In this document: positions 37,988-48,616 of the stretch, piece after piece | Layout: every line of letters starts with the position of its first letter | How positions within the stretch are numbered: the first letter of the stretch is position 1 | DNA from: Vermamoeba vermiformis | Lineage: Eukaryota | Reading direction: 5' to 3' | Length of the DNA: 48,616 nucleotides | Assembly (NCBI GenBank): GCA_045837725.1 | Contig: JBEWZL010000048.1 | Coordinates: forward strand, 248,001-296,616 | The notes under the pieces: model-generated | What the model was told of the DNA's origin: nothing | The model's input: only the letters and a program-made list of their open reading frames with translations | The model's database searches: none | Position numbers and translations under genes: made by a program

Positions 37988-38650
37988 ATGCAGATTCCAC
38001 TTCAAAGAGGCAAAGTCGCTTGGGTAGTCTACGCGCTGACAATTATCGTTGAACTCTACACTGCCATCAATCCTATCTTATTGGACTTTCTGCCTGAAGA
38101 ACTTGACTTCCAGATCTTCGCTTACACTACTTATCCGCGCTTAGTGATCCTGATCGCTTGCTCGGTCTTGGTGCACCGTCATAGATTTTGGCAACGATAC
38201 ATTAAAATCAATGCTCTCACTGCTGCTGGAGCTAGTTCAATCGTGGCATATCTGTTCTTGGTCAAAGGCCACAAAAACGAGTGGGATTCGCTCAATAGCG
38301 ATCAGATCCACGCCATGGTGGCATATGGCCTGATGATCTTCGTATTATTAGGACACTACCGAACCATGCTCAAATGGTTCCCTTGGACACGTGTCACATT
38401 TTACTGCTACAAGCTTGTGCGATTTTTTCACATTATCTTCTTCATCATTCAAGAGTCACTTGGCGAGACATTTGATAACATTGCCTTCGTTGCATTTTTC
38501 TCCGCAACACTTGAACTGTTGCACGAGATGATGTTCGAGGCTGATGAAACAGAGAAGGAAGTCAAAGAACACACGAGGCACATGAAACAATCGGTGCACA
38601 ACAAGGCACACGAACTAAGTACGGATGTATACCACGAAATGGGTCATTAA
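37988..38650 (+). CDS. Intronless ~6-TM membrane protein of unknown family (paralog B)
   Basis: 220-aa ORF sharing IIVEL.TA, YTTYPR, FW..Y.KI, IHA, G.YR...W.PW, YKLVRF.H with paralog A. Confidence 0.82.
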   Translation: MQIPLQRGKVAWVVYALTIIVELYTAINPILLDFLPEELDFQIFAYTTYPRLVILIACSVLVHRHRFWQRYIKINALTAAGASSIVAYLFLVKGHKNEWDSLNSDQIHAMVAYGLMIFVLLGHYRTMLKWFPWTRVTFYCYKLVRFFHIIFFIIQESLGETFDNIAFVAFFSATLELLHEMMFEADETEKEVKEHTRHMKQSVHNKAHELSTDVYHEMGH

Positions 38651-38710
38651 AATAAATTTTGTTGTAAATCTTTATGAAACTAGACCAGATCAATAATGTG
38701 ACACTAACTT

Positions 38711-40892
38711 CTACAGCATCAGAGCCAAGGCAAGCTGCGTCAAGATGCCAACACTTACAACAGCGGCACTAGCAACACGAGATCCAGGAGCAATGTAGCC
38801 AGGAGGTTTGGTTGGATCTGCTTCAATGGTCATCGTATTAAGGGCATCAGGTGCGCTGAACATGAGGGCTGAAGGGTTCATTGGATCAGGATCGAGCATG
38901 TTCATCGAGAGCTGGCCGTTGTTCATGGACACGAGATACACAGTGCCTGCCACACGGGCATTGACAGTGATTTGACCAGAGCCGGCACCAGGCAACACGG
39001 CCACTACTTCGCGGTCATTACCACGCTGAGCCCATGCTGTTACGAGCCACTTGGCTGCATTGGGCAGCTTGCGCGCGAGGACATAGACCTCAGGCGAGAT
39101 GTTTTCACCTTGTGGCTCACCAACAATGTCCAGGCAGTAGAGAGGAATTCTTTCCGTGTTAAATTTGAACGGGTGCAAGTAGCTGCCATTCACGAGGTCT
39201 CCATCGCGCAGGTACTCTTCCACGTGCGAGAAGAGTGCTTGTGCCCGCGACAGGTCCATGTACTGACGCAGCCACGGGTGCAGTGCCGTGCCCATTGGTT
39301 TGCCTCGCACTGCTTGGCCTTCGTAAGTGCCGTTGTAGATGAAGTAACCTGACGTGCCACCCAATCCACCAGCTGTGAACATGACTTTGAGGAAGCCAGT
39401 CCAGCGGTCTTGTTCTGCGATCAGTCCGCCTGCAAGTGAATGACCACCCACTGACATCCAGGCATAGAAGTTCTTACGGCCCAATCGAATATGACCACCC
39501 ACTTCATTCAACAACTTCCAAGTCATATCAGCGGGGCTGCCCAATGAATCAATGCCTCCCCAGCCTTGATTGTTGTCGTGGAAGTAGATCTGTGGCTGAG
39601 GAATCGTTGACACGCCAATGTTAATGAAGTCTTGGTAGTCTCGGCCCCACGCAGCCCAACCATTCCAACGACCTCTGTCTTGGCCGTACGAGTCACTGTA
39701 GAGTCCATAGAACGGCTGGTCATCGCGCCACTTGGTGTTTTTGGAAATCTCTTCGTAAATGATGTGTTCGTGCTCTGCGGCCCGTTGTGACACGAAGCGA
39801 GTCAAGGCGTCATTTCTGCTTTCGTTGACATAGTTCGGATCTTTCCAGCAATAAGGGTCTAATTGGCCTGGGTACCCAATAGCAGCTATTAACTCGGGGT
39901 CTTTCAAATATGAACAGCCTGTCCAGCCAATGACACCAATGCCGTATTCACCGCCACTCGTCACGAATGACAGTGGGTAGATCTTCGATAAATTGGCCAC
40001 GCACTCGCCGATTGGTTTGACGACTTCTCTGATCCAATCTTGTGGTGCCTAAATAAATCGAGTTATTATACTGTTCTATTAATAGCAATCAATTATTATA
40101 ATAATAAAGTCTTACCAAAGGACTCATATCAGGGTTATCGTTGGAACTGAGTCTGTTGCCGTCTGAATCATGCAACCATACTGACTCGGGTATAGTTTGG
40201 TTTCTTGCCGCAAAGTCTTCGAGCCATTGTCTGCCTGATCGTTGATAGCCTGGCAAAGCACCAGCAAATCCAGCGACAGTTTTGTAACGACCATTAGCGG
40301 CTAAAACAACAGTTAGAGCCTCTTCATTATGACCAGCGCCGTAGTATGGAGGTCCCTGAGCTCCGGAGATGTCCATGGAACAGTACGGAGGTACGACTTG
40401 AAGATCGATCCCAAAGCCCCATCGGTCAGCGAGTTCCAATAGCAGTGGTATGCCGTGAGATATCATGCCGGTCAATGGAGGTAAAGTATGACCCTCTTTG
40501 AAGACACCGGCGACAGCATTCTGAAGATAGTCCTTGGCAGTCGACTCATCCGATGGTCTCCATGGATTGGAGAGCAGATTGACAGTAGTTTGCAGCTCCT
40601 TTGTACTGTTGTTCGCTAAACCAAGGGTAAGAGTAAATTTATACTCGCCAGGCTCGATCATCGCCACCAAAGTTTCGTTCGCATTCGGATTGGCAATCGC
40701 CACAGCGCCTATTCCAGTGTCGACGATCCATTTAAATGACACAGGTGTATCTGAACCATCGTAGTAAAGCTTCACTTGATTTACAGGCAGTTGGATTGAA
40801 CCTGAGGAACCGGCAGCAATGTCGGCGGTGGATGTTGGTAAAAAGCACAGCACCAGCGCGCAGAAGAGCGCTAGTTGGATACAATTCGTCAT
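38711..40892 (-). CDS. Secreted, probably GPI-anchored protein: PKD/K319-like Ig domain plus large uncharacterised globular domain
   Basis: Signal peptide MTNCIQLALFCALVLCFLPTSTA; Ig-like IQLPVN..SFKW..PGEYKFTLT; one intron 40049-40115 joins the two ORFs in frame (MSPL/APQDW); hydrophobic C-terminus with no cytosolic tail. Confidence 0.78.
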
Positions 40893-41454
40893 CTAGCAGT
40901 TGATGGTACCAACGGTTAGCCTAAAGGTACAGTTAGAACTTGGTAACAGGGCACTTCAGGTCACGGTTTGTAATCCAGACTTACTCTGCTGTGTTACGGG
41001 GAATTATTTTTAATTAATAACATAAATTATCTGCATACTATTTATAAGGACGCCGCGGGGGTCGGGCAAATAACTTTATAAGGAAATAATAAAATTGAAT
41101 TTACGTGTAAATCGTATCTTTGTGGCACGTCATTATAATTGATTGATGCCAACTAGAAAGCAATTAAATCGTAATATCCAAATTAAATGACAAGTATTTG
41201 TGCCCTAATTTTGCATTGATTCAGATCACGTAATAAATTCTTTTTTTTTGGTACCAACGCATTAAAATCTCCGAATGTCAACTATACTAGCTTATTTTAG
41301 CATTGTTGATACTTTGGGCATTTTGCAAAGCTGTCATGTGTTACTGCGTACTCTAACAAAATATTTAAATGGTCAGATGTATTTTGAATCATGAACGAAC
41401 AACAACAAAACTGTACCAATTTAACGATAAAATCGGGTTATTGAACACCACGCC

Positions 41455-42519
41455 ATGGTAATGATAAGTATTGGCTACTACTGCGGTCTAACGGATACTT
41501 TAGGAAGTGCCAATTGAAATCTGGTTCAAAATTTTTGATTATCTGCTCCACGATTTATCAGAACAAAAATTACCAACGTCTCCATTTGCTAGAGTACGAG
41601 TGTGTTTGGTATTTTTGAAAGCAGTCTCAGCAGAATTAAATCGGATGTGCAAGACATTTATTAAAACAATTCCGAAATCAGGCTTAGAAAGGCGACCAGA
41701 CTTGATGGAGTATCTAGTCCTTAATGGATATTTCTCGTGCTTAATATATATGCACGAAATAGGAGCAAAATGGACCAACACGGTGATTGCAAGCGCATTG
41801 AGCAAAAACGACTTCAAAGTTGTCAAATACGTTATTGAAAACAATACTAGCAATCGATGGGACTACAAAACATGTTTGGACCTCTCAATGCAATACAATT
41901 GTCTCGAAGCGATCAAATACTTTCACGAGGCATCAGCGGACTGGATGGGCTTGACTTGCACAAAAATCGTTGAGAAAGGCAGTTTGGAATGCTTGCAATA
42001 TGCACGCGAAAGAGGATGTCCTTTCGACGAAGAGACATGCGAGGAATCAGTGCGTACTGGTCATTTAGACTGTTTGAAATACGTTCATGAAAACGATCTT
42101 GGAGCTACACGACAACTGACATTGCAGCTGTGAACGGAGACCTTGCGTGCCTTAAATATGCAATCGATAATGGATGCATTTGCTTATCGACAGTTTACCT
42201 GCACTGCGCGAAGAATGGCGACCTAGCCATGATGAAGTACCTTTACGAGAACACATCCGTCGCGTGGCATAGCGACACGTGTTACACCGCAGCACTGCAC
42301 AATCACATGCACTGTCTCAGATACGCGTATGACAACGACGCGCCATTCAACGAGCGCAATGTCGTCCATGCCTGCAAAACAACTGAATGTTTGCAGTTCG
42401 TGCACGATGCGGGCTATGGCTGGAATGACTATTGGTGCAACGCGCATGACGCGCAGTCAGTCATGTTCAGTCAATACGCGCACGAACAGGATTGGTGTAA
42501 ACTGTGTAGATTCAAATAA
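41455..42519 (+). pseudogene. F-box-like plus degenerate ankyrin-repeat gene (giant-virus/amoeba type), frameshifted at ~42095
   Basis: ATG, 46-nt intron 41458-41503, then EVPIEIWFKIFDYL; repeats GxLxCLxYxxExGC(P)W/F (GSLECLQYARERGCPFDE, GHLDCLKYVHEN, GDLACLKYAIDNGC); frame changes between HEN and WSYTT. Confidence 0.72.
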
Positions 42520-42585
42520 GGATAAAGTTTGTTAAGAAAGGACCATCATTTATAATGAGCTAAGTCTTTTGGTACAAAACAGAAC

Positions 42586-43491
42586 TTAATCGTCTTGATC
42601 CTCAATTCCGTTATCTTTCCATGGCTCAGCTTGTTGTTCTTCTTCCTCTGAAGATGACATTGAGGCTTCTTCGTCTTCTTCTTTTTTGGGCTTTTCTGCA
42701 CCGATACCCTCTAAAAAACAAAGCAGTTAGATCCACATCTTATCATTAGCAGCAGGGATAAAAGTTCGCGTTAATAATGGCTCACCTGACTGCCAGTACA
42801 TGCTCGCGTTATATTTAGTAACGGCTTTAGTGCCCTCTGATACAGCGTGCTTAGCGAGTTCGCCGGGCAGTAGCAATCGAACGGCAGTTTGAATTTCTCG
42901 CGAGGAAATCGTTTGCCTCATATTGTATCTGCCGCAATAGGTTACTACTATTCGCTTAAGTACTATTGAGGCAATAACTGTACCTTGCTAAGCGTCCAGC
43001 TTCCGTGGCGATCCGGTCAAACAGATCGTTCATAAAAGAGTTCATTATCGTCATAGCTTTTTGTGAAATGCCAAGGTTAGGATGCACTTGCTTCAGTACT
43101 TTATAGATATAAGTAGCGAAGTCAGAGTGCTTGGATGACTACGAATTAAATGTCAATGTCACATCCAAAGCAATTGAAAAGAACTTCAGGATTAAGCTTT
43201 AAATAATTATTGTATTCAAATATTTATCCACGAGCATTTAAATTAGGTGGTAACATATAACGCTTATTATTGCGATTTTTCTGGGTATTTTTGAATTACC
43301 TTTTTCTTTGCAATTGGGACAGGCGGCTCAACAGCAGCGTCACTGTTACTCGTAGTATTATTTACATTATTATTTTGAGCAGTTTCAGTCTTTCCGAGCT
43401 CTTGACGGCGGTTATTAAACTCTTCTTCCAAGATCAAGCCAGACTGGAGCAGCTCAGTGAGCTTGGCAAGGTCTGTTTGATTGTTCTCCAT
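42586..43491 (-). CDS. Atypical histone H2B (204 aa): N-terminal SHOCT-like domain, H2B fold, acidic C-terminal extension
   Basis: Exons 43491-43300, 43138-42984, 42928-42786, 42710-42586 splice in frame (615 nt). Core [82 protein letters not shown] is clearly H2B. Confidence 0.9.
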
Positions 43492-43729
43492 TTTCAATAC
43501 AAAACAAATAAATAAAATTACCGCTAAGGTGTTGGTCAGTTGCGAAAGTTCAAAAAATGACAGATATTTTCAGATCACGAGAAACACAACGAGACGGGAG
43601 GTGAATTCAAAAGCAAATAAATTCTTTATATCGATAGAATGAATTGAGTTAGATTATGGATAACATAGCAGTACATTAACGGCAATTAGCCAATAAAGCA
43701 GATCGTGTGCTGGGCATTTTTGGGGTGAA

Positions 43730-45159
43730 TTAATTATGATTGGCATTATTGAATGCAATCATATCGTACGGATAGTGCAAGGGTATGGCAGACACGTGGT
43801 CTAATTCAGCCACTTGCTCATTGGTCAGTTGAAACAGACCAGCTTGCAAGTTGTCTTCGAGCTGAGCTAACGTCTTAGCGCCAATAATTACTGATGAGAC
43901 TTGAGGTTTGTGCAATAACCATCGAAGAGCTACTTGCGGTACTGTTCTACCGGCTTGTTTGGCGATCTCTTCGACCTAAAAAAGAGCGATCGTTAAAGAA
44001 AATTCAATTTGAAGGAAATTATGATTACCTTCTTAATGACGCTCCAAGTATGATCTGTCGCTTGCACGTTAAAGAAAGGTAATTTTGAATTCGCAACCCA
44101 ACCCATACGAGAATTTGGATCGGCACTATCAGCGGCCAAATCCGTTGACGACGAGTATCGACCACTTAATAAGCCGCCTAAAAATGATAAATAAGTTCGG
44201 TTATAGATATTTCGCGGTATTACCTTTCAAAGGGCTCCAAGGCAGTATGCCAAGTCCTTCTCGTTTACACACCTCAAACGCATCTCCTTCAGAGTTTCGT
44301 TCGAACAATGAATATTGTTGCTGCAAGCTAATATACTCTAAAAAGATGTTATAATCGAAATTTCCATTTAATTTGTACGCACGTTCGAGGCCCATCTCTT
44401 TCGCCAAATCCAGCATTTTTTGAAGTTGCCAGCCACCGAGATTACTCGCACCAATGTAGCGGACTTTACCGCACCTAACGAGATCATTGAGCGTAGTCAA
44501 GGTCTCTTTGAGCGATGTTGAACTGTCCCAAATAGCCACGCAATGCAGATCCACGTACGAAGTTTGCAATCGTTCCAACGTCCTTTAAGCGATATTAATT
44601 ATCGAAATAAAATGTCGCTCAATACCCTTCCAATGCGGCTATAATATGCTTGCGAGAAGCTCCTTTGTCGTTAGGTCCAGGACCGAGTGGCAAGTAAGTT
44701 TTTGTGCCCAAGACAAAGTCCTCGCGCTTTTTCGTCGAAAGCCATTTACCGACTACATAGAGTATATTAGAGACGATATAATAGCTATTCGGTGATATTT
44801 ACCAATTTTTTCAGAGTCGAACGGACCGTAAAAGTCAGCCAGATCCAAGAAATTGCCGCCGAGCTCAGCGAATCGATCCATCATTTTAAAACTCGTTTCT
44901 AATATAGCAGCGACAATCAATCAATGCGTTGCATATTTAAGCTAATATTATAGAGCATACCTTCATCTGCGCTCGGTAACTTAAAGTTATTTGGTCCAAA
45001 AGTCATTGTGCCTTTAATTAATGGCAATCAGGATGGAAATTCGAGTATTACTCGGATCCTATTATTATTTGATGCCAATATCTTACCTAAGCACAATTCA
45101 GAGACCTTCAGGCCGCTGGATCCAAGATTGCGGTACTTCAATTTCGGTGTTTGTTGCAT
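43730..45159 (-). CDS. Aldo-keto reductase (aryl-alcohol dehydrogenase / Kv-beta-like branch)
   Basis: YRNLGSSGLKVSELCLGTMTFG, GGNFLDLADFYG, GASRKHI, GKVRYIGASN, QQQYSL, LPWSPL, VIIGAKTLAQLEDNL; about 7 short introns. Confidence 0.92.
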
Positions 45160-45839
45160 GACTGATCGTGCAAGCTATTATTAATATTATCACCATCAAT
45201 AGCAGCAACTATATATATCTTAGCCGTAATATCTTTGTTACGAAAGTTACTTTAAACAGCTCTTCCGTTCAGTGCACGATGTATTTCGCCTGAATTCTCC
45301 GTTTCTCCGAAGATTGGTCTCGCAATAATAATTCATTGTCATGTTAACAGGTCGTATAGAGGTACCTCTGTGTCATATTTGAAGTCGCACCAAGTACAAG
45401 GCCGAAGATCAGACGAAAATGCATCTTCTTCTAAAGCTCGCTGTCATTAATCGATTAAATAACAATACAATGCAAAGGATACTCTTATACCTATTTAAGG
45501 CTAATATGATGTATTAGAATTGATTGTAGGAAACAAGACGTTGAATTATTTAGGTCCTGAAAGAAATTTGTTTGTAAAATACCAAAAAATATCTGCCTAT
45601 TAACTGTGTTTTATAGCAATAATTACCACACAAAAACGTTGGTAAATTTGAATTGGATAGTTTTGTTACTATTTAAATTTCCGGCGGAAACAAATGTCCC
45701 AAGCTTACCCAATACTTCAACGATAAATAAAGGAATGTGAATTATTATAATAATATAAAGTATTTTGATGGTGTTGGCGATCTGGGGGTTGAAAGAAAAA
45801 TGGTTTTTGTTACCCTGGATAGAAGCTTTCTTTTCAGCC

Positions 45840-46587
45840 CGAACGGAGCACAACTAACTGCAATAATAATTTTATTGCGATCATGATAGATTCAAGGCAA
45901 TCAATGCAAATGGAATATTGATAGAGCCTAGTAATGATCCACATCCGCATTTTTAATTAAGTGAAGTGTTTATTAACTATACCTATATACGCCAGATCTA
46001 TCTACAACATAGCATCTCTCTACCAGGCTTTCCAGCCGCTTCAAGAATAATGCATAAACGTCATTTACGGAAGGCTTTGTGCGTAAATAACTGACGAGGT
46101 ATCTGTAATTCGAATTAGCTTCCCTTCGCGGAAGTTGTGGGTTTATTGGTAATTCTTCGCGTATCCAGCTCTCGATCCATTTGAACAGTGCAGCCTCGTC
46201 GACCGGAATGTTAATACCACTATACGCAGCTTTAATTAAATAGTTGTCGGTGCTTAGAGCCAAATTGTCATTATCAAAATCCCAGCTCTGGTTACAGTAG
46301 GGACACATTCTAGTCTTTGATTTTTCCCACCATTTTCTGACGCAATCTGCGTGGAATTTATGGGTGCACGGTGTTAGGCACCAATTATTGTCTCGAAAGG
46401 ATACAGAATCAAGACAAATGGGACAGGTGTTGTCGTCTGGGGTGAATTCCATTTTAAAATGACAGTGCTGCAAATTTATTTTAATTACCCGGATCAACGT
46501 ACTGAATTTTCTTGCATACTTCCTTACAACAACCGATAGTAAACGAACAGGAGCACAACTGCAGTAATAATTTTATATTGCTATCAT
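45840..46587 (+). repeat. Imperfect ~45-bp direct repeats (45840-45884, 46544-46587) flanking the RING gene
   Basis: cgaacggagcacaactaactgcaataataattttattgcgatcat versus cgaacaggagcacaactgcagtaataattttatattgctatcat. Confidence 0.7.
45973..46452 (-). CDS. Intronless RING-H2 finger protein (putative E3 ligase)
   Basis: CPICLD-x-CTHKFHADC-x-W-x-CPYC (C3H2C3); ATG at 46452. Confidence 0.8.
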   Translation of the reverse strand: MEFTPDDNTCPICLDSVSFRDNNWCLTPCTHKFHADCVRKWWEKSKTRMCPYCNQSWDFDNDNLALSTDNYLIKAAYSGINIPVDEAALFKWIESWIREELPINPQLPRREANSNYRYLVSYLRTKPSVNDVYALFLKRLESLVERCYVVDRSGVYRYS

Positions 46588-46613
46588 AGTGGCATATTAC
46601 TGACAGATGGCAA

Positions 46614-46996
46614 ATGAGTGGACGGTAAGACGAGATCTAGATCTAGATTAGATCATGGATCTTGACCATAGCGAAATTATTAATATTAATATTATTATTA
46701 TTGGCATTAGCTAAACCTAATTAATTTGTGAACATAGGACGCGGTCGAAATTAGCAAAGTCAAATAATAATAAAAATCAAAATAATAATGTGAGCAAGCC
46801 TGGCAAACCTAAACGCAAACAAGTGTACAAAAGCAATAATAATAACACCAATAATAATACCAATAATAATACCAATGTCGAGCCTATAAGCGTTGAAGAC
46901 GAACCGATTTGGGAGACCCATTCTGAAATCTTTGCACAAAATTATCGTCCTGTAGTGACCAGAGCGACAGTTCTGCGCATGTACCATTCAGCTAGG
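46614..46996 (+). pseudogene. 5' part of a basic, Asn-rich protein gene starting MSGRTRSK, apparently truncated
   Basis: Exon 46614-46624, intron 46625-46737 (GTAAGA..ATAG), exon 46738-46996 in frame; then donor GTACGT and branch CTAAC with no nearby acceptor. Confidence 0.5.
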
Positions 46997-48616
46997 GTAC
47001 GTACATATAATATAGTAGTTTAATTATTACTCTAACTGATCTGTCATATCCCTTTGATCCCTGCGCACGAAAAAAAATTAATTTCGGGCGAAGATATTGG
47101 TATTTCAATTAAATTGGGCATTTTTTTGCGCATTTATAAGCTATTTACACCTAGCTATAGGGAGGTTTTTGCTGAATTTCTTCGAGTAAAAAAAATAAAT
47201 AAATTATTACTCGATCTGGTCTTTAACGCGTCGCTCTGTCTTTTATCTTTGATAATATTGATGAAATAGCATACAATTAACTTTAGCAAGCTTATCACTT
47301 GCTGCCCTGTAGTTGCGGGCGATTCGCTGCCAAAAAAATAGTCTTTTCGCTGGCAAAACCGATTTATTATTCACTCCGCAATCACAGTACCATGAAGCAC
47401 GACCAAATCATCTACCAGAATAAGCTGGGGTGACACCAAATCACCTTGGCCGCGTCCACTGGAGATGCTGCGGCCACATTCATGGGAAATTATCGAACTG
47501 CAAGTTATATTTGGTTTGATAATCGGAAAAAAATTGTCTTATATATAGCCATGCATTGTCGATAAAATACTAGCTGAAGAGAAGCAAACAGGTATAAAAA
47601 TTTCAGATTCGAATTTTTTAATTTTTAAATATTTTCTGCACGAGCACTGTTACAAATCAATGCTTCTAAACTTACACTTACCTTTATAGATTGCAGTTAT
47701 TAAATTTAAATCATTAATGTGCAAATTCTAACGGCTATATTTTTAGGCGGCAAGTTTTTCGCGCACGATCTGAATACAACAGGTATCGATGCGGTAAAAC
47801 AATGCACTACGTAATTTTAAATGACTAATTCAATACGGAAACAGCAACGGTAAGTAATAATTTACGTACCATAGTTGCGGCGAATGCGTGCCAGCAAAAT
47901 TCAAGTTTTTACAGTTCCAAGGTGAATTTCATCGCCTATCTAACACTGTGTATTATATTTAGGATTGTTAAAACTATTGGACACTATTAATTATCAATAA
48001 ACAATGTTAAACAATCCGGCGTCTAAGGGTGAAACCTTAGCGCCGCTACAACGAGAAAGTTACGCGTTGATTCTCGACGATGTGGGTCAGAGTATGGTCT
48101 GGAGGTCGTGTTGCTTCGGTGACACCACTGGTTCGGAACAGCACTCTCACTGGCACTGAGTTGGATGGGCTAGAAAGTGACTTGTCACTTGCCGTAGCGG
48201 ACACTCTTTTGTTGTACGGTCTCCTTTATGGAGGGGTGTCATCTTGATGCCTGCGACCTTTATCTTGATGAATCGCATGGTTTTGGCCGTGTCAGTCACC
48301 TCAACGTGACTTCGACACTTGGATGGGTTAGGGCCCGGCCAAATTCCTCCCTATGAATACTTAGGCTTGCTCAACCAAGTCTTGTATTGCGATTTATCCC
48401 TTTTTAATGATAAAACAAAGAAATAAGCTTGGGGAAGTGGATCGGATCCGGGGCTGATCTGGATCCACGCAGGGGTGTGGCGCACTGTCAATGGACATCG
48501 CCCAACAAAATTGTACCATTTTTTGTACTACAGTCTCTTCTGGCGATTAACGGAAATCAAAGGTCCTGAATTTTTGTATAATTTTTATCTAAAAGCATTG
48601 GCCGGCCGAAGAGGGA

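Noticed and set aside
45623-45853. Short AT-rich ORFs (also 36571-36765, 36868-37056, 47054-47269)
   Set aside because: Non-ATG starts, no motifs, composition like non-coding DNA.
46632-46662. AGATCT-like short tandem repeats
   Set aside because: Short low-complexity intronic sequence without further support.

Overview
Gene-dense eukaryotic nuclear DNA with many short (mostly ~43-60 nt) spliceosomal introns, so the six-frame ORFs are mostly exon fragments; gene models were spliced by eye. The Roco kinase, Rac GTPase, poly-Asn tracts and F-box/ankyrin gene suggest a free-living amoebozoan-type protist (inference). Gene order: 5'-truncated MSH6; Roco LRR-ROC-COR-kinase; USP37-like deubiquitinase; TPR protein; ARM-TPR protein; NIDO-domain membrane protein; CLASRP; DUF4246 protein; multi-pass membrane protein; Rac; a hidden 120-aa mitochondrial-type protein; ANK-SPRY-ANK-Kelch-BTB-BTB tail-anchored protein; a 552-bp TA-flanked MITE; a head-to-head pair of paralogous membrane proteins; a secreted/GPI-type protein; a frameshifted F-box/ankyrin gene; an unusual histone H2B; an aldo-keto reductase; a RING-H2 gene; and a truncated MSGR-starting gene before an unexplained terminal region. 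Highlights: an H2B whose basic N-tail is replaced by a SHOCT-like domain and which carries an acidic C-terminal extension; a near-palindromic 12-mer TGACAC(C/G)TGTCA recurring inside tiny introns; two GC-AG introns with the same GCACGT donor.
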